A DNA stretch of 64,000 nt from a virus (IMGVR_UViG_3300032070_000007:2892-66891), one strand, 5' to 3'. Positions 38,024 to 49,021 are shown, counted from the stretch's first letter. Numbers and translations: made by a program. Notes: generated by a model not told the origin, from the sequence alone.

Positions 38024-41000
38024 TTAATACTTCCTTGCGAATTTGAGTATTTTCTTAACTACCTTTGACTCAAGTATCTTATCAGCTAGTTCGATAGTTA
38101 GTGTTCGGTTAGCTAGTTTAAGGATCTCAATCATTGCAACAATTACTTTCGTAGCAGTACCAACTGTTGCTATGGTCATTGTTGCTGACGCGTAGACAAA
38201 GAACTCTAGGAAGAACTTTCTTCCTTTAGCTATAGCTGTAGTGGTAATTTGGGCAGTCACTTTTCTGATGCTCTGGAAAGTTCGCTTCGTGCTTCCGATT
38301 AACGTTACATTAGAGCTTATGATTCTTTGTATCACGAGTCTTCTGATTGTTGTGCCAGCTTGTACTAAAGTTGCAACACCAATTCGAACAACTGTTCGAA
38401 GTCGTCCGGCATTACTTACCAAACTCAGAGTTGCCGCTCTAGCTCGCTTAAACACCGTAATCTTTGTGATAGTCGCTGCCATTAACAGTGTTACAGATCT
38501 GAAGCGTATTACAACAGCTGACCTTTTGATTACTGCAGCTAAGTTCAATGTTGCTGAGACCAATCTGAAGAAGGCTCTTGCACCTAAGGCAGAAGCTGAC
38601 ATCGCCATAGAAGCAGTCGTATGCTTAATAAGTGTGCTGACTCTATGGGCAGTTGCTGCAACTGTTACAGTGATAGAAGCGAATCGAGTTACTATTATGC
38701 CACGAGCTGTATTTCCTACCATCGTTAAAGTTGCTGATGCTACTGCAACAAGTCCAGATAGTATTTCAGCAGTTCCGTGAAGGACAACTCCTGCAGAAGC
38801 GAATCGTGTAATGATGATTGCTCGGAAAGTACTTCCGGCAGTAACTATTGTTGCTACTGCGCGCCTTATGACTAGACGCGTTGTCTCTGTAAGGGCAACT
38901 AATGATACTCCTGCAACTGCTTTGCGTACCGTAGCGTACAATCTTGTTGGTACACCCAATATGCTAACAGCTGCCGTAACTCCTCGTGTAAGTATCAGCT
39001 GTTTTGCAGTTGTAGCACTGAGTGCTATTGAACTTGCGATGTTTCTAGCTAATGCCGTCAATCTTCGTGGAGTTCCGACTAGACTGATTGAAGCAGCATT
39101 TAACTTGGTTATTATGACTGATCGCATTGCTGCAGCACTAGAGGTAATACTGGCACTCGCAATTGCATACAGTCCGCTCAGTGCTGCAGTGATACCAGTT
39201 ATGATAACACTTACTGATGCGAATCTTGTCACTATAATGCTTCTTAAGCTTGTGCCAACCATGGTTAGCGAAGAGATTGCAGATCGAACTTTGTTCGCAA
39301 CACGTACAGTTGTACTGGCGGTAGCTATTGCCGCAATTGTTGACCTAATGGATATTGAAATTCGCGTAGCGGTACCAACAAGCGTTGTTGTAGCTGAAAC
39401 TACCCGAATGAATATGCTACTTTTCATAGTAGTAGCTGCTATGCTAATTGCGCTTGTTGTGAACCGAAGAGCTCCTTTCAGTCTACTTGCAACTCCTACT
39501 ACGCTAAGGGTAACTACGCCGAATCTGGTTACCACAATTGTCCTTACTGCTGTGGCTGCAGTATTGATACCTGCACTGGCAACAGCAAATATTCCGCTTA
39601 GCAAGTTAACGATGCCAACTATGCTAACACTTGCGGATGCAAATCTTGCTACTATGATACTTCTTAGACTTGTGGCTGTCGCAACTATTGAAGAGGTTGC
39701 GAATCGAACTTTAGCCGCGAAATATGCAGCTGTTCCGGCAGTAGTTATAGATGCAACCACGGATCTAATCTTGATTAGAGTCCGTATAGCTGTACCAGAG
39801 AGAGTTGTTGCAGCTGTAGCCATTCTTGTAAATATACCGTTACTGCGAACGGCAGTAGCAACTACACTGAGTGTGCTTGTGGCGGATCGGAAAGCTCCTG
39901 CAAACCTACTTGCGACTCCAATGAGGCTAACTGAAACGGCATTGAATCTGGTTACTATAATCGACCTGACTGCAACTGCTGTAGTAGTGATGCTAGCACT
40001 AGCAGTGGCTATCAATCCGGCTAGTACCTCAATTGCTGCTGTTATGCTTGTAGCAGCTGCTGAGAACCTTATCATAACTATCTGACGAACTGCTTGCCCA
40101 ACTGTTATAACACTTCCTGCTACAGCTCTTGTTGCACTTACTATCCTACCCGTTACAGCGTTAGTAGCAATTCCAGCAGTCACTCCTCTAATCTTAGTCA
40201 AAAGTCGTACAGTTGTACCTGCTATAGTCATAGTACTGGATACTTTCTTAATGAGTGCCGCCATCCGTGATGTTGTTCCTAATATTGTGACTGCAGCAGT
40301 TGTGAGTCTTGTTGCTACTACTAACCGAATGGTGGATCCGATGGCAGTAATTGATGCGACGTTAGCTCGTGAGAATAGGACATTACGAACCACAGATGCA
40401 GTAGTTTGTATTCCAGCAGCTACATCTCTGAAGAACGCCCTTGCTCCTAGTACACTTCCTACTAAACTGACTCCGGCGGCTTTGGTTCTGATCGCAATGA
40501 TACTTCTGATAGTCACTCCAGCTGTAGCGATTGACGCTGTTACACTCCGTATCTTGGCTTGAAGTGCTTTAGTAGCAGCCGTTAAGGAAAGTGAACTGGC
40601 AATCAAACGAACTATTGTCAGCGCTTTGCTAGTAGCTCCTGTAACTGTAACAGCTGCCGTTGTTATCCTCAACATGAGAAGTCTTCGCAAAGTTGTAGCA
40701 GCAATAGTGGCTGTAGCCGTTACTGTTCTAAAGCTAGCTTGTACCCTGTTAGCTGTGCCAACCATTGTTAGGGTGATTGTAGCAAATCTTACCCGAAGAA
40801 CTGACCATGCTGCATTTCCAACAGCTGATAGGGTAGCTGTATTAAAGCGAGTTTTGAGAGCATTCCGAATAGTACTTCCAGTTGCAGTTATCGAGCTACT
40901 TATAAGTCGAGTGAAGTAAACAATCCTTTTAGCTGTTCCGGTAACCGATACTGTTGCACTTAGAAGTCTATAGATAACTATGGAACGTATTGTTGATCCT

Positions 41001-42613
41001 AAAGGTCTGATAACAGCTGTCGCGTACCGGAAGAACTCTTTTGGTACTCTACGACACCATGCAGTACCTGCTAGAACGAAAGAACTAGCTGCTTGTCTAA
41101 AGCGATGTCGTATTCTAGAAGCCGATCCAGCTATCGTAAAGCCGCTTGCTAAAAGTCTAGATAATATAGTAGTTCGCATTGTGCTACCAATCATAGAGAT
41201 AGCTTCAGCTGCTTTTCGTGTAGCACTTTTTATACCTGCAACTATGCCAGTAAAATTGAGGGCACTAGAAATAAGTCTGGTAGATACAACTTGTCGAGCA
41301 GCATTACCGATAGTCGTAACGGTGCTGGCTACTGAACGTAGTAAGCTAGTCAGTCGCTGTGTAACTGCAGAAATGCCGATTGATGCCGAACTATATCGTG
41401 GAGAGTTTCGAAGACGCCATGTGGTACCAGCTAATCCAATTGCTGTAGTTGTTGTTCTTACCACATTAATTAATCTAGCAGACTGCCCGATAAGATTAGT
41501 TGAGACGGCCTTTGCGCGAACTAGATTCAACAATCTTGCTGTATTAACAGTTCCAGAAATTGCTGCACTAGCCTTTCTAACGAAAGCAGTTATCTTAGTT
41601 GTTGTAGCAGCCAACCCTATTGTGGCAGTTCTTATCCTAATAGCCAACATTATTCTGAGAGCAGAACCAGCTAGTGCTATAGCTGCGGTCTTTATGCGAA
41701 TTAGAAGTAAAGTCCTCGCTGCACTCGCGACAATTCCTAATCCGACGCTTGAGAACCTTGTTAAAACTGCCGTTCTAGCTACAGTTCCAACTTGAGAAAG
41801 TGTACCAGTAGTAGATCGTGATGCCATTAGAATCTTACCGGTTAAACCAGCAACTGAGGTAACTGCAGTAGATACCCTTATTGCTAGCAAACTCTTCAGG
41901 GTTGTTGCTGTTGTTGAAATTGTAGCAGTAACCGCTCTCAGATTTACTCCTAGTCGCTTTGTTGTTCCAACAATTGCCAATGTTCCGGCAGTTGCCCTTG
42001 TTGATACTCCTAGTCGCTTTGTTGTTGCAGAAAAAGTGGAAATGCCTGAGGACTTTCGAAATCCGATAAGTGACTTACCGCTAATACCTACTAAACCAAC
42101 AGCTGCAGCCTTTACGCGAACCAGCAGTAGAGTCCTTGCTGCACTTGCGACAAAGGCAACGGATGAACTCGCTATTCGAAACCCACCTAAAGCTCTACCG
42201 CTGTTTCCTGCTAAGCCGACAGATGTAGGTAGTTTCCGAGTGAGAGTAGTCGATCGGATTGCATTTCCTGCCGTAATCATTGCTACAGTTGCTAGTCTTT
42301 CGTACAAGCTGATATCGACGTTTTTATAGCCGGTCGGAACTGGTAAACCAGTACCAGTGACAGCTGTTTGTTTCGTAACTCCTTGAGCTGTAACTTTCAC
42401 TACATCGTTTTCGGCGTAGTCCGATGTGAATTTGGTTTTGTCACCTAAATCTACATAATATTTTCCACTGCTATCTGACGTTGCTGCGTATTGCTCGCCT
42501 TTCGTATCGTTTCTTATTGTGACTGAAACACCTACCTGTATGACACCATTAAGTTTTAGTATTCCTCTAATGACATACGGGTTTTGTGTTGTCACGGGTA
42601 CGTATGCCTCCAA
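38024..42613 (-). CDS. giant 20-residue-repeat fibre-like protein
   Basis: 1529 aa; N-terminal Ig-like domain, then regular R-x19 repeats rich in A/T/S/I/V/R. Confidence 0.75.
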   Translation of the reverse strand: MEAYVPVTTQNPYVIRGILKLNGVIQVGVSVTIRNDTKGEQYAATSDSSGKYYVDLGDKTKFTSDYAENDVVKVTAQGVTKQTAVTGTGLPVPTGYKNVDISLYERLATVAMITAGNAIRSTTLTRKLPTSVGLAGNSGRALGGFRIASSSVAFVASAARTLLLVRVKAAAVGLVGISGKSLIGFRKSSGISTFSATTKRLGVSTRATAGTLAIVGTTKRLGVNLRAVTATISTTATTLKSLLAIRVSTAVTSVAGLTGKILMASRSTTGTLSQVGTVARTAVLTRFSSVGLGIVASAARTLLLIRIKTAAIALAGSALRIMLAIRIRTATIGLAATTTKITAFVRKASAAISGTVNTARLLNLVRAKAVSTNLIGQSARLINVVRTTTTAIGLAGTTWRLRNSPRYSSASIGISAVTQRLTSLLRSVASTVTTIGNAARQVVSTRLISSALNFTGIVAGIKSATRKAAEAISMIGSTMRTTILSRLLASGFTIAGSASRIRHRFRQAASSFVLAGTAWCRRVPKEFFRYATAVIRPLGSTIRSIVIYRLLSATVSVTGTAKRIVYFTRLISSSITATGSTIRNALKTRFNTATLSAVGNAAWSVLRVRFATITLTMVGTANRVQASFRTVTATATIAATTLRRLLMLRITTAAVTVTGATSKALTIVRLIASSLSLTAATKALQAKIRSVTASIATAGVTIRSIIAIRTKAAGVSLVGSVLGARAFFRDVAAGIQTTASVVRNVLFSRANVASITAIGSTIRLVVATRLTTAAVTILGTTSRMAALIKKVSSTMTIAGTTVRLLTKIRGVTAGIATNAVTGRIVSATRAVAGSVITVGQAVRQIVMIRFSAAATSITAAIEVLAGLIATASASITTTAVAVRSIIVTRFNAVSVSLIGVASRFAGAFRSATSTLSVVATAVRSNGIFTRMATAATTLSGTAIRTLIKIRSVVASITTAGTAAYFAAKVRFATSSIVATATSLRSIIVARFASASVSIVGIVNLLSGIFAVASAGINTAATAVRTIVVTRFGVVTLSVVGVASRLKGALRFTTSAISIAATTMKSSIFIRVVSATTTLVGTATRISISIRSTIAAIATASTTVRVANKVRSAISSLTMVGTSLRSIIVTRFASVSVIITGITAALSGLYAIASASITSSAAAMRSVIITKLNAASISLVGTPRRLTALARNIASSIALSATTAKQLILTRGVTAAVSILGVPTRLYATVRKAVAGVSLVALTETTRLVIRRAVATIVTAGSTFRAIIITRFASAGVVLHGTAEILSGLVAVASATLTMVGNTARGIIVTRFASITVTVAATAHRVSTLIKHTTASMAMSASALGARAFFRLVSATLNLAAVIKRSAVVIRFRSVTLLMAATITKITVFKRARAATLSLVSNAGRLRTVVRIGVATLVQAGTTIRRLVIQRIISSNVTLIGSTKRTFQSIRKVTAQITTTAIAKGRKFFLEFFVYASATMTIATVGTATKVIVAMIEILKLANRTLTIELADKILESKVVKKILKFARKY

Positions 42614-45600
42614 TAGCCAGCCACGTTACAGAGAATATAGAATTTTCCGTCTGAAGTAACTGGAACTGTTGCGTCTCCACCCCAATCTGGAAAGAATACG
42701 TAGCGTGTGCCGTTCGCGTACTCGAAAACAAATTCAACGTAGTTGATTGAATCAGTGTAGAGACTTGTATTTACCTGACTCAACGTATGTCCGACGTCAG
42801 CCGTGCATGTAGTGAAGCTGTTCCATCCAACTGTTAAAGGAGTACGCGCCAACACATGAATGTATTGAGTTGTTGTGTTTGCCCAGTTATTGTTGGTATC
42901 ATTTGCGACTATATACCATGCGATATAACATTCTGTTGCTGGTAATGTCCGCGTGAAGTTGCTCCACGTTGCAGAACCACTCAGATTTAAAGTTCCGTTT
43001 TGCTGCATTGTTCCGCTGCTGTTCCAATAGAAGAGTGAACAGTTCATGCCAGTGAATGACTGCCAATAAGTTCTGAAAGTTACGTTTAGATTGATGTATG
43101 TGTCGCCGTCCACTCCGACATTCGAAACCACTATCGGATAGAAATATTTTCTTCCAGTGGGTAAATCTCCCAATCTAGTAACATCTGTTATTCCTGTCCA
43201 TGAACTGTTGAATGCGACACTGTAAACGCCCGAACTTGCAAATTTGTAATCAACTGGAACGCCACCATAGATAAAACGCAAAGCACCTTCAGCGCAGATG
43301 CTTGTCTTGACAGTTCTCGCCGTCATGTTTATTCCGAACAGTTCTGGGTCAACATCGTATGCGTCAACATAAGTCATTTCTTGGAGCGGAAAGGCGATGG
43401 TAGTGTTTATCGGTATCATTCCCGTAATTAAGTGTTGCATTAAAGCTCGGATTGTTGCAGTATCACTTGTTGTAGCATCATTGCTAGTCCATTTGAATTG
43501 TTCGGTTGCGGGCACAAAGCACCATCCGTTAGGCTGATATAAGCTATACCACACTTCTTTCAGCATGTCCTTCATGTTGTCTTGTGCGGTAGAGTTCAAA
43601 ACCGAATAAACGCCGAGAAACGTAGCCCATGCCGAAGGAGTATCCAATAAACGTCTTTGTGGATTGCCCGTATTGAAGTGAATCACATAATAGGTCGATT
43701 CTGTTGGAGTCAATGAAGTCGTCCATTGTGGAGAGAGCCATTCGTTTTCGAAAAAGCGTTGATATGTATCTTCGGTGAGTCTATCTGCGTATGGAATGTC
43801 TGATTTAAACCATCTTAACATAGCGATGATTCGCAAAAAGTACGCGCCCGAACATTCGTAACCTAAAGTGAACGGTTGATATTTGAAATATCTATCCGTA
43901 TCATTCCAATAGTTATCATTGAGGTAACCCCAAACGTCAACCGCATCGTCTAACGCGCCCGTTACGCCGAGTTCATGGAATACAAGATAGGACGAGAGCG
44001 TTGATGCTGCCTCATCGTAGAATCTATTCATAAAGGTAGTAGCGTTGCCGTCTGCGAACACCACCCAAGTTATGTGTTGGTTCGTGGTGTTTACGTGGAT
44101 GGCGTCTCTGAAAAAGTTCCACGCCTTCGTCTTGTTCCATTTATCGGTCAAGTAGCCAAATTTTTCGGCGTAATAGTAACAAGAATATAGAACGTCTCTG
44201 TTAGCGACGCGATAGCAACCTTTGCCGTCATACGTGTAAGTAAACGGGAGTTCGCCTTCTTTCGTCAAGTTCCCTAGCGCATACTTTATCGATTCTTCCC
44301 TTTCGATCCCAAGCTTCGCCAGTCTTGTCGACCATTCCAAGACACCAACCCAGTCGGTTTGCGCGGCTAGAGAATCTATCATGGATTCAAGGTCGGTCAC
44401 GTTTGTCTTTCCGAAAAACAAGCCATAGTACGAGCTTCCTGTTTCCGTCCAATTCAATGCTTGCGCGTCCAGATAGAAACGGAGTCTATTCACTAAAGTC
44501 CAACTGTGAACGTATAGGCGCGCATAGTCTATCTGGAAAAGCGTGGCTGAATCATTTGACAAGAACCGTACTTTTAAACCGCTAAGTAGCGCTGGACTCC
44601 AAGAAGACGGCGTAAGCGTTCCGTTCATTACCGTCCATGTTGTCGCCGTAGTCGCATAGGTGACGTTGTACCAAGAAGTTGTGTTCCAAAATTCAGCGAT
44701 GATGGTGCTTGCGGTGACATTTTTGGAGAAGTTAAGTTCCAATTTCAGTTCAATGACCCATTGGTACTCGAAAGTGGAAAGCGTTGGAAAAGTGAAGTTG
44801 CCAGTGCGGTTTCCGCTGTATTCGGTTTTCAAGTAGTTGGTGGGATAATCGGCAGCGCCAAGCCACGGTGCTGCCCCTACCGCCGTCCAGTTGCCATTGT
44901 CCGAACCGTTTATCGCGACCGTGTTCCAGTCCGTATAGCCGTCATACGTTACGGTGAGACTCTGCAACCCCGTCGTGTTCCAATTGTCACTCGTATCGTT
45001 AAACCATTCTTGCCATTGAACCGTCGTGCCCACCGTGGCGTTTAGCGTCTTAGTTTTGTTGCCCCAGTCTGGAGTTGTTGTGAACGCTGTCCAAGTTTCG
45101 TTTTGCCACGCACCCGTGTTGTTAGTTCCGTATATGAAGCCGCCAGTAGTTGCTAGTCCCGTTTCATCCGTGCATTTCGCATAGAAATTGGTTGGTTGCC
45201 CAGTAAAGGTTGAATTTGTAGCGACATCCGAATAAGTAGGCGGTCTAATGTCGAGAAAGCGAGTGTAAGAGCAATAGATGCTGAAGTTATACTCAGGAGA
45301 ACTGCTAGGAACGTATGGATTGGGAAAGCCGTCGCTTTCTTCATAGGCTTTGTTTTGAAGTTTGCCTCTAGACACGTTCAGCGTAAGATCATAGGCCGCA
45401 TACACGTTGTTGTTTGCGCCCCAGTATTCAGCCCATACCACAAGAAGATAGTCCTTGTATGCGAACATGCTTGGTTTCGGAGTTGAGAAATTGAAAGTGT
45501 ACCAGACGAAACTTGTGGTCAGTGCAATGTAGACTTGTTGTGTTTTACCGACAAAAACCAAATCCGCATAGTTGTAGATCGCACATTTGGCATAGGTCGA

Positions 45601-46350
45601 TGCGGCAGCCGCCCCTTTCAACGCGACTGTCATGTTTTCTGCTCTGCCGTCTTCGGTGATGTTAAAGACAGTGCCAGCAATGTATTCAGAAGTGTTAAAC
45701 GATATGAGAGTGGAAGAAGCACCCAATGTTGTTTTTCCAAGGTTGGCAGTGTTCGACACCGTGTAGGTGCAATAGATGCTGAGTTTTTCGTCATAATGCG
45801 ATGGAACAAACGGGTCTGGAAAACCGTCGTAAGTTGATGAGCTTTTATAATGTTCTTGATTCGTATCGCCCATGTTGTACGCGACACAGCAAGTTCCCGC
45901 TAGACTTTGCGCCCACGCTTCCAAAAGATATTCCGTGCCACCCACAATGGCGGGAGAACCACTGAAGTTGAATTGATACCATGTCGCCACGTTTGTCAGC
46001 GCGATGGTGCGTTCAGTCGTTGCGGCAAGCAGACTCAGGTTGCCGTGGAAGTAAATTGCGGTCTTTATCTTTCCCGTCCACGCCGAACTTGTCCATCGTA
46101 TCGCGACATACATGCAAGTGGCGATGCCGCTTTCGGTGGCGGTGAACAAACTGCCGTCAATCTGATTTTCAATGGTTTGAGTGCTTGCGCCTATCGTTTC
46201 ATAACCAAAGTTTCTCGTTGTTCCAGTCGACGGCGTCGGCGGAAACAAGATTGGAATCGCAAAGAACGAAGCTAAGAAAACGATTATGATTGTGACGGCC
46301 GCTATGAGCCAACGTTTGAACTTTACAAGTTTCGCTTTCACTTTTTCCAT
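42592..46350 (-). CDS. large membrane-anchored surface glycoprotein
   Basis: MEKVKAKLVKFKR plus a TM helix; duplicated ~170-aa domain; many N-x-S/T sequons; aromatic-rich helical region. Confidence 0.7.
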   Translation of the reverse strand: MEKVKAKLVKFKRWLIAAVTIIIVFLASFFAIPILFPPTPSTGTTRNFGYETIGASTQTIENQIDGSLFTATESGIATCMYVAIRWTSSAWTGKIKTAIYFHGNLSLLAATTERTIALTNVATWYQFNFSGSPAIVGGTEYLLEAWAQSLAGTCCVAYNMGDTNQEHYKSSSTYDGFPDPFVPSHYDEKLSIYCTYTVSNTANLGKTTLGASSTLISFNTSEYIAGTVFNITEDGRAENMTVALKGAAAASTYAKCAIYNYADLVFVGKTQQVYIALTTSFVWYTFNFSTPKPSMFAYKDYLLVVWAEYWGANNNVYAAYDLTLNVSRGKLQNKAYEESDGFPNPYVPSSSPEYNFSIYCSYTRFLDIRPPTYSDVATNSTFTGQPTNFYAKCTDETGLATTGGFIYGTNNTGAWQNETWTAFTTTPDWGNKTKTLNATVGTTVQWQEWFNDTSDNWNTTGLQSLTVTYDGYTDWNTVAINGSDNGNWTAVGAAPWLGAADYPTNYLKTEYSGNRTGNFTFPTLSTFEYQWVIELKLELNFSKNVTASTIIAEFWNTTSWYNVTYATTATTWTVMNGTLTPSSWSPALLSGLKVRFLSNDSATLFQIDYARLYVHSWTLVNRLRFYLDAQALNWTETGSSYYGLFFGKTNVTDLESMIDSLAAQTDWVGVLEWSTRLAKLGIEREESIKYALGNLTKEGELPFTYTYDGKGCYRVANRDVLYSCYYYAEKFGYLTDKWNKTKAWNFFRDAIHVNTTNQHITWVVFADGNATTFMNRFYDEAASTLSSYLVFHELGVTGALDDAVDVWGYLNDNYWNDTDRYFKYQPFTLGYECSGAYFLRIIAMLRWFKSDIPYADRLTEDTYQRFFENEWLSPQWTTSLTPTESTYYVIHFNTGNPQRRLLDTPSAWATFLGVYSVLNSTAQDNMKDMLKEVWYSLYQPNGWCFVPATEQFKWTSNDATTSDTATIRALMQHLITGMIPINTTIAFPLQEMTYVDAYDVDPELFGINMTARTVKTSICAEGALRFIYGGVPVDYKFASSGVYSVAFNSSWTGITDVTRLGDLPTGRKYFYPIVVSNVGVDGDTYINLNVTFRTYWQSFTGMNCSLFYWNSSGTMQQNGTLNLSGSATWSNFTRTLPATECYIAWYIVANDTNNNWANTTTQYIHVLARTPLTVGWNSFTTCTADVGHTLSQVNTSLYTDSINYVEFVFEYANGTRYVFFPDWGGDATVPVTSDGKFYILCNVAGYWRHTYP

Positions 46351-46850
46351 TTCGCCACATTCTCCTTCGTCGTATAGGCGTGCTTCCGATTGAAGCAGTA
46401 CCACAGTTTCCAGTTAGGTGGAATAGTTTTTAGTGAAGGATTTGTCCAGTCTAGCACTGTATTATATAATGTAACGAAAACGTGGTAACTAGTGCCGGTA
46501 TCATAGACGTTTACTAAAACGTCGTAATACGGTATGGTCTTTTGCGCCAAAATCATGTTCGCTAGAAGAATCGCACCATCTTCACAGTCGCCGAACTTAT
46601 CCGCTAGAGTTTCATTCGGGAAGTTCCAGTAATCTTTATTCCTGTCATCTTTATTCCAGTCTGGCTTATACTGGATGTTTGCAGCAACCCATTCTAACAA
46701 CGTCTGGTTCGGTTGTAACTCAACAGACACACTTTTGTTTAGAAAGTCCACTACATTGATCGGTTCACGTCGTTTAGTGCGTTCGATCATTTGGACTCGT
46801 GTAAGTCCAAGCTTACGCATCTTCAACCATTCGTTGAACCAATCGCACAT
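46338..46850 (-). CDS. transglutaminase-like cysteine protease (BTLCP-like)
   Basis: DYW.FP.ETL...GDCEDGAI...HVFV...LD (Cys-His-Asp triad). Confidence 0.82.
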   Translation of the reverse strand: MCDWFNEWLKMRKLGLTRVQMIERTKRREPINVVDFLNKSVSVELQPNQTLLEWVAANIQYKPDWNKDDRNKDYWNFPNETLADKFGDCEDGAILLANMILAQKTIPYYDVLVNVYDTGTSYHVFVTLYNTVLDWTNPSLKTIPPNWKLWYCFNRKHAYTTKENVAKWKK

Positions 46851-48119
46851 TTACGTCACCATCCATGCGTATCGATTGTACGCATCTTTTGTGTCATCCT
46901 GTAAATCAAAGATATTGCGACCTTTGAAGAACTCGGCTGCTTGTGCCCTGTATTCTGCAAAGTGCATATCGTCCAATATGATTACTTTACTATTAAGTGA
47001 TGGAAACAGTGGTGCACGATCCTTTTCAGCAAGTCCGAGGTCAAGGAGCGTTAAATCGTACTGCATGTTTCCAACTGCCACTTCATCGAGTAGAAACATT
47101 CTATCAGTAGATAGCTTATGCTGAGTTAGAAACTGCCTAGTTTTCTCTAACCATGCAGGATCAGTATCTACTGTTGTAACTTCAGCCCCTGATTGTCTGA
47201 AAAGAAAGGACGAGAATCCGGAACCGAGATCCAGAATCTTCTTCGGCTTCAGTGACCTTAACAACTTATCCAGATATACGCATAGTTCCCACGAAATAGT
47301 CCATACTGGATCTGAGACCCCTTTAATATACTCCAGGTACGCTTCTTTCAACCCTTCCGGAGGTTTGTAACCTATAGTGTCCCTAGCCATCCTGAGTTGA
47401 TATTCAGGAATACCGGCTAGTTGCAACTCTTCAGGTGTCAAGTTCATCTCTTTCATCAGTAGCTCTCTGAAATGGTCTAATCTACCTTCACTACGGAACC
47501 TCTTAACTACGTTCCAGAGTACATTCATCTCATAGGTTTCGTTGGTGACTACATATGGGGTCGCAATATGTCCAAGGTTGAGACCGGTATCAACGTATAC
47601 TTGGAAATCGAACTTCTTAGCCTTTAAGCAAAAGTAGATATCTTCCTGTGCATTACCTTTTTCATAGCACTGAAACCACGGTCGAGGTACTTTCTCGAAT
47701 ACTTCTCGCTTGATGAGCATGAAGCCGGTTCCAACCATATCAACCGGCATGATTTGATTATAGGGGAACGGTAATGGTGTCCTGTAAATACGTCGTTCGG
47801 GTACCCAAAAACCAAAACAGGGGACGTGATCTCCACCTTTCTTGTAGACAGTCGCGCCTATGATGGGCTTGTCAGCTTTCAGCAACTTCTCTATTGCACC
47901 AGGAACACCAATGGTATCAGAGTCCCAAAAGAGTAAATGTGTACAGTCGGTTGCCAGGAACTTCTCTACACACTTGTTTCGTTTCTCATCAATCGGTATA
48001 GTGTATCCTGATTCTACATGTATGTTGGTAATATGTTCCCCAGAGGTTTGGAGTATGGACTCTAACACTAACGGATGCATTTCCCTAAGAATAGGGATGG
48101 CCAGGAAGACAGAAGGCAT
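46851..48119 (-). CDS. GT-A glycosyltransferase fused to class I SAM methyltransferase
   Basis: THLLFWDSD, GTGFMLIKREVF, EDIYFC; C-terminal ILDLGSGFSS, TVD, ILDD. Confidence 0.88.
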   Translation of the reverse strand: MPSVFLAIPILREMHPLVLESILQTSGEHITNIHVESGYTIPIDEKRNKCVEKFLATDCTHLLFWDSDTIGVPGAIEKLLKADKPIIGATVYKKGGDHVPCFGFWVPERRIYRTPLPFPYNQIMPVDMVGTGFMLIKREVFEKVPRPWFQCYEKGNAQEDIYFCLKAKKFDFQVYVDTGLNLGHIATPYVVTNETYEMNVLWNVVKRFRSEGRLDHFRELLMKEMNLTPEELQLAGIPEYQLRMARDTIGYKPPEGLKEAYLEYIKGVSDPVWTISWELCVYLDKLLRSLKPKKILDLGSGFSSFLFRQSGAEVTTVDTDPAWLEKTRQFLTQHKLSTDRMFLLDEVAVGNMQYDLTLLDLGLAEKDRAPLFPSLNSKVIILDDMHFAEYRAQAAEFFKGRNIFDLQDDTKDAYNRYAWMVT

Positions 48120-48134
48120 AAAAAAACCTTCCGT

Positions 48135-48710
48135 CTAGCTCAGCGAAATCTTGTCCCACTTTGCTGTCAGCTGGTCGTCAGATTCGAGGGCCACAGGCGT
48201 AAATGTTGCTTCGAAGTACATGTCACCTGCTGATGCGGAGTCAAACAATCCCATTAGTTGGGCGGCAGCGACAGTTGCAGTTGCTGTGAAAGTCTTCGAT
48301 AGTATACACTGCCCAGTGCTACAGTCTACAACACTATAGGTTCCTTCTGCTCGTGCAAGACCTGAAAGTGTGATTTCTGCAGCTAATAGGGTGTGTGTTG
48401 CATTTGGTGCCCCAGCACTTTCAGACAGGGCAATATACTTCGCTACGGTCTGCGTAGTTGCAGTATTGAACAGACGATCTTTCGCAGCTTCCAAACCTGT
48501 ATTATTGGTAACGTTGTGATTCTCATAGACTTCAACTTCTTCGTTGTAGATTACTTTTCCGTCCTCATCTCTCAATGCAATACGTGTCTTCGGATCTCGT
48601 TTTGCTCTGCGAACTTCAAGGACAACTCTGTTTGGACCGATGTGCATTTGTGGTTGCTGAGATTTCCTAGCTCCTCCTAATAGACCAAATATGTTTCTCA
48701 TTCTTTCCAC
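48135..48710 (-). CDS. virion structural protein (fibre-associated)
   Basis: N.T..G...YIAL...L..E...GLAR...GLFD..SAG pattern. Confidence 0.55.
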   Translation of the reverse strand: MERMRNIFGLLGGARKSQQPQMHIGPNRVVLEVRRAKRDPKTRIALRDEDGKVIYNEEVEVYENHNVTNNTGLEAAKDRLFNTATTQTVAKYIALSESAGAPNATHTLLAAEITLSGLARAEGTYSVVDCSTGQCILSKTFTATATVAAAQLMGLFDSASAGDMYFEATFTPVALESDDQLTAKWDKISLS

Positions 48711-48769
48711 TCCTTTTATGTTCTTACGGCTTCTCGGACTGCCAGTTTGAGCTGTGCTGTCTCGAGCCG

Positions 48770-49021
48770 TTAGATTCTCTCTATACCGGATTTAATGATT
48801 AAACCTAGACAGGTGAATGCGAAACTGATTGTAAGGAACTTCCACCTGTCCAACTTTACTTCTTTTTTCACTCGTGTATTTTCCGCCAAGTTGTTTGCTT
48901 GTACTATATCGTTGAACTTAGCGTCAAGGTCTGCGATCTTCTTTACTATCCCACTAGTGAGATCAGGGCCGATAATAGCATTTTCTATCCTACTCAGTGA
49001 AGTTTGTATGGGCGTCATCAC
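48770..49021 (-). CDS. coiled-coil protein with C-terminal TM (holin/XhlA-like)
   Basis: Coiled coil followed by WKFLTISFAFTCLGLII. Confidence 0.5.
   Translation of the reverse strand: MMTPIQTSLSRIENAIIGPDLTSGIVKKIADLDAKFNDIVQANNLAENTRVKKEVKLDRWKFLTISFAFTCLGLIIKSGIERI

Noticed and set aside
38241-42329. Long + strand ORFs (up to 424 aa) opposite the giant repeat gene
   Set aside because: Antisense shadows caused by the Ala/Thr/Val/Ser codon bias; no RBS
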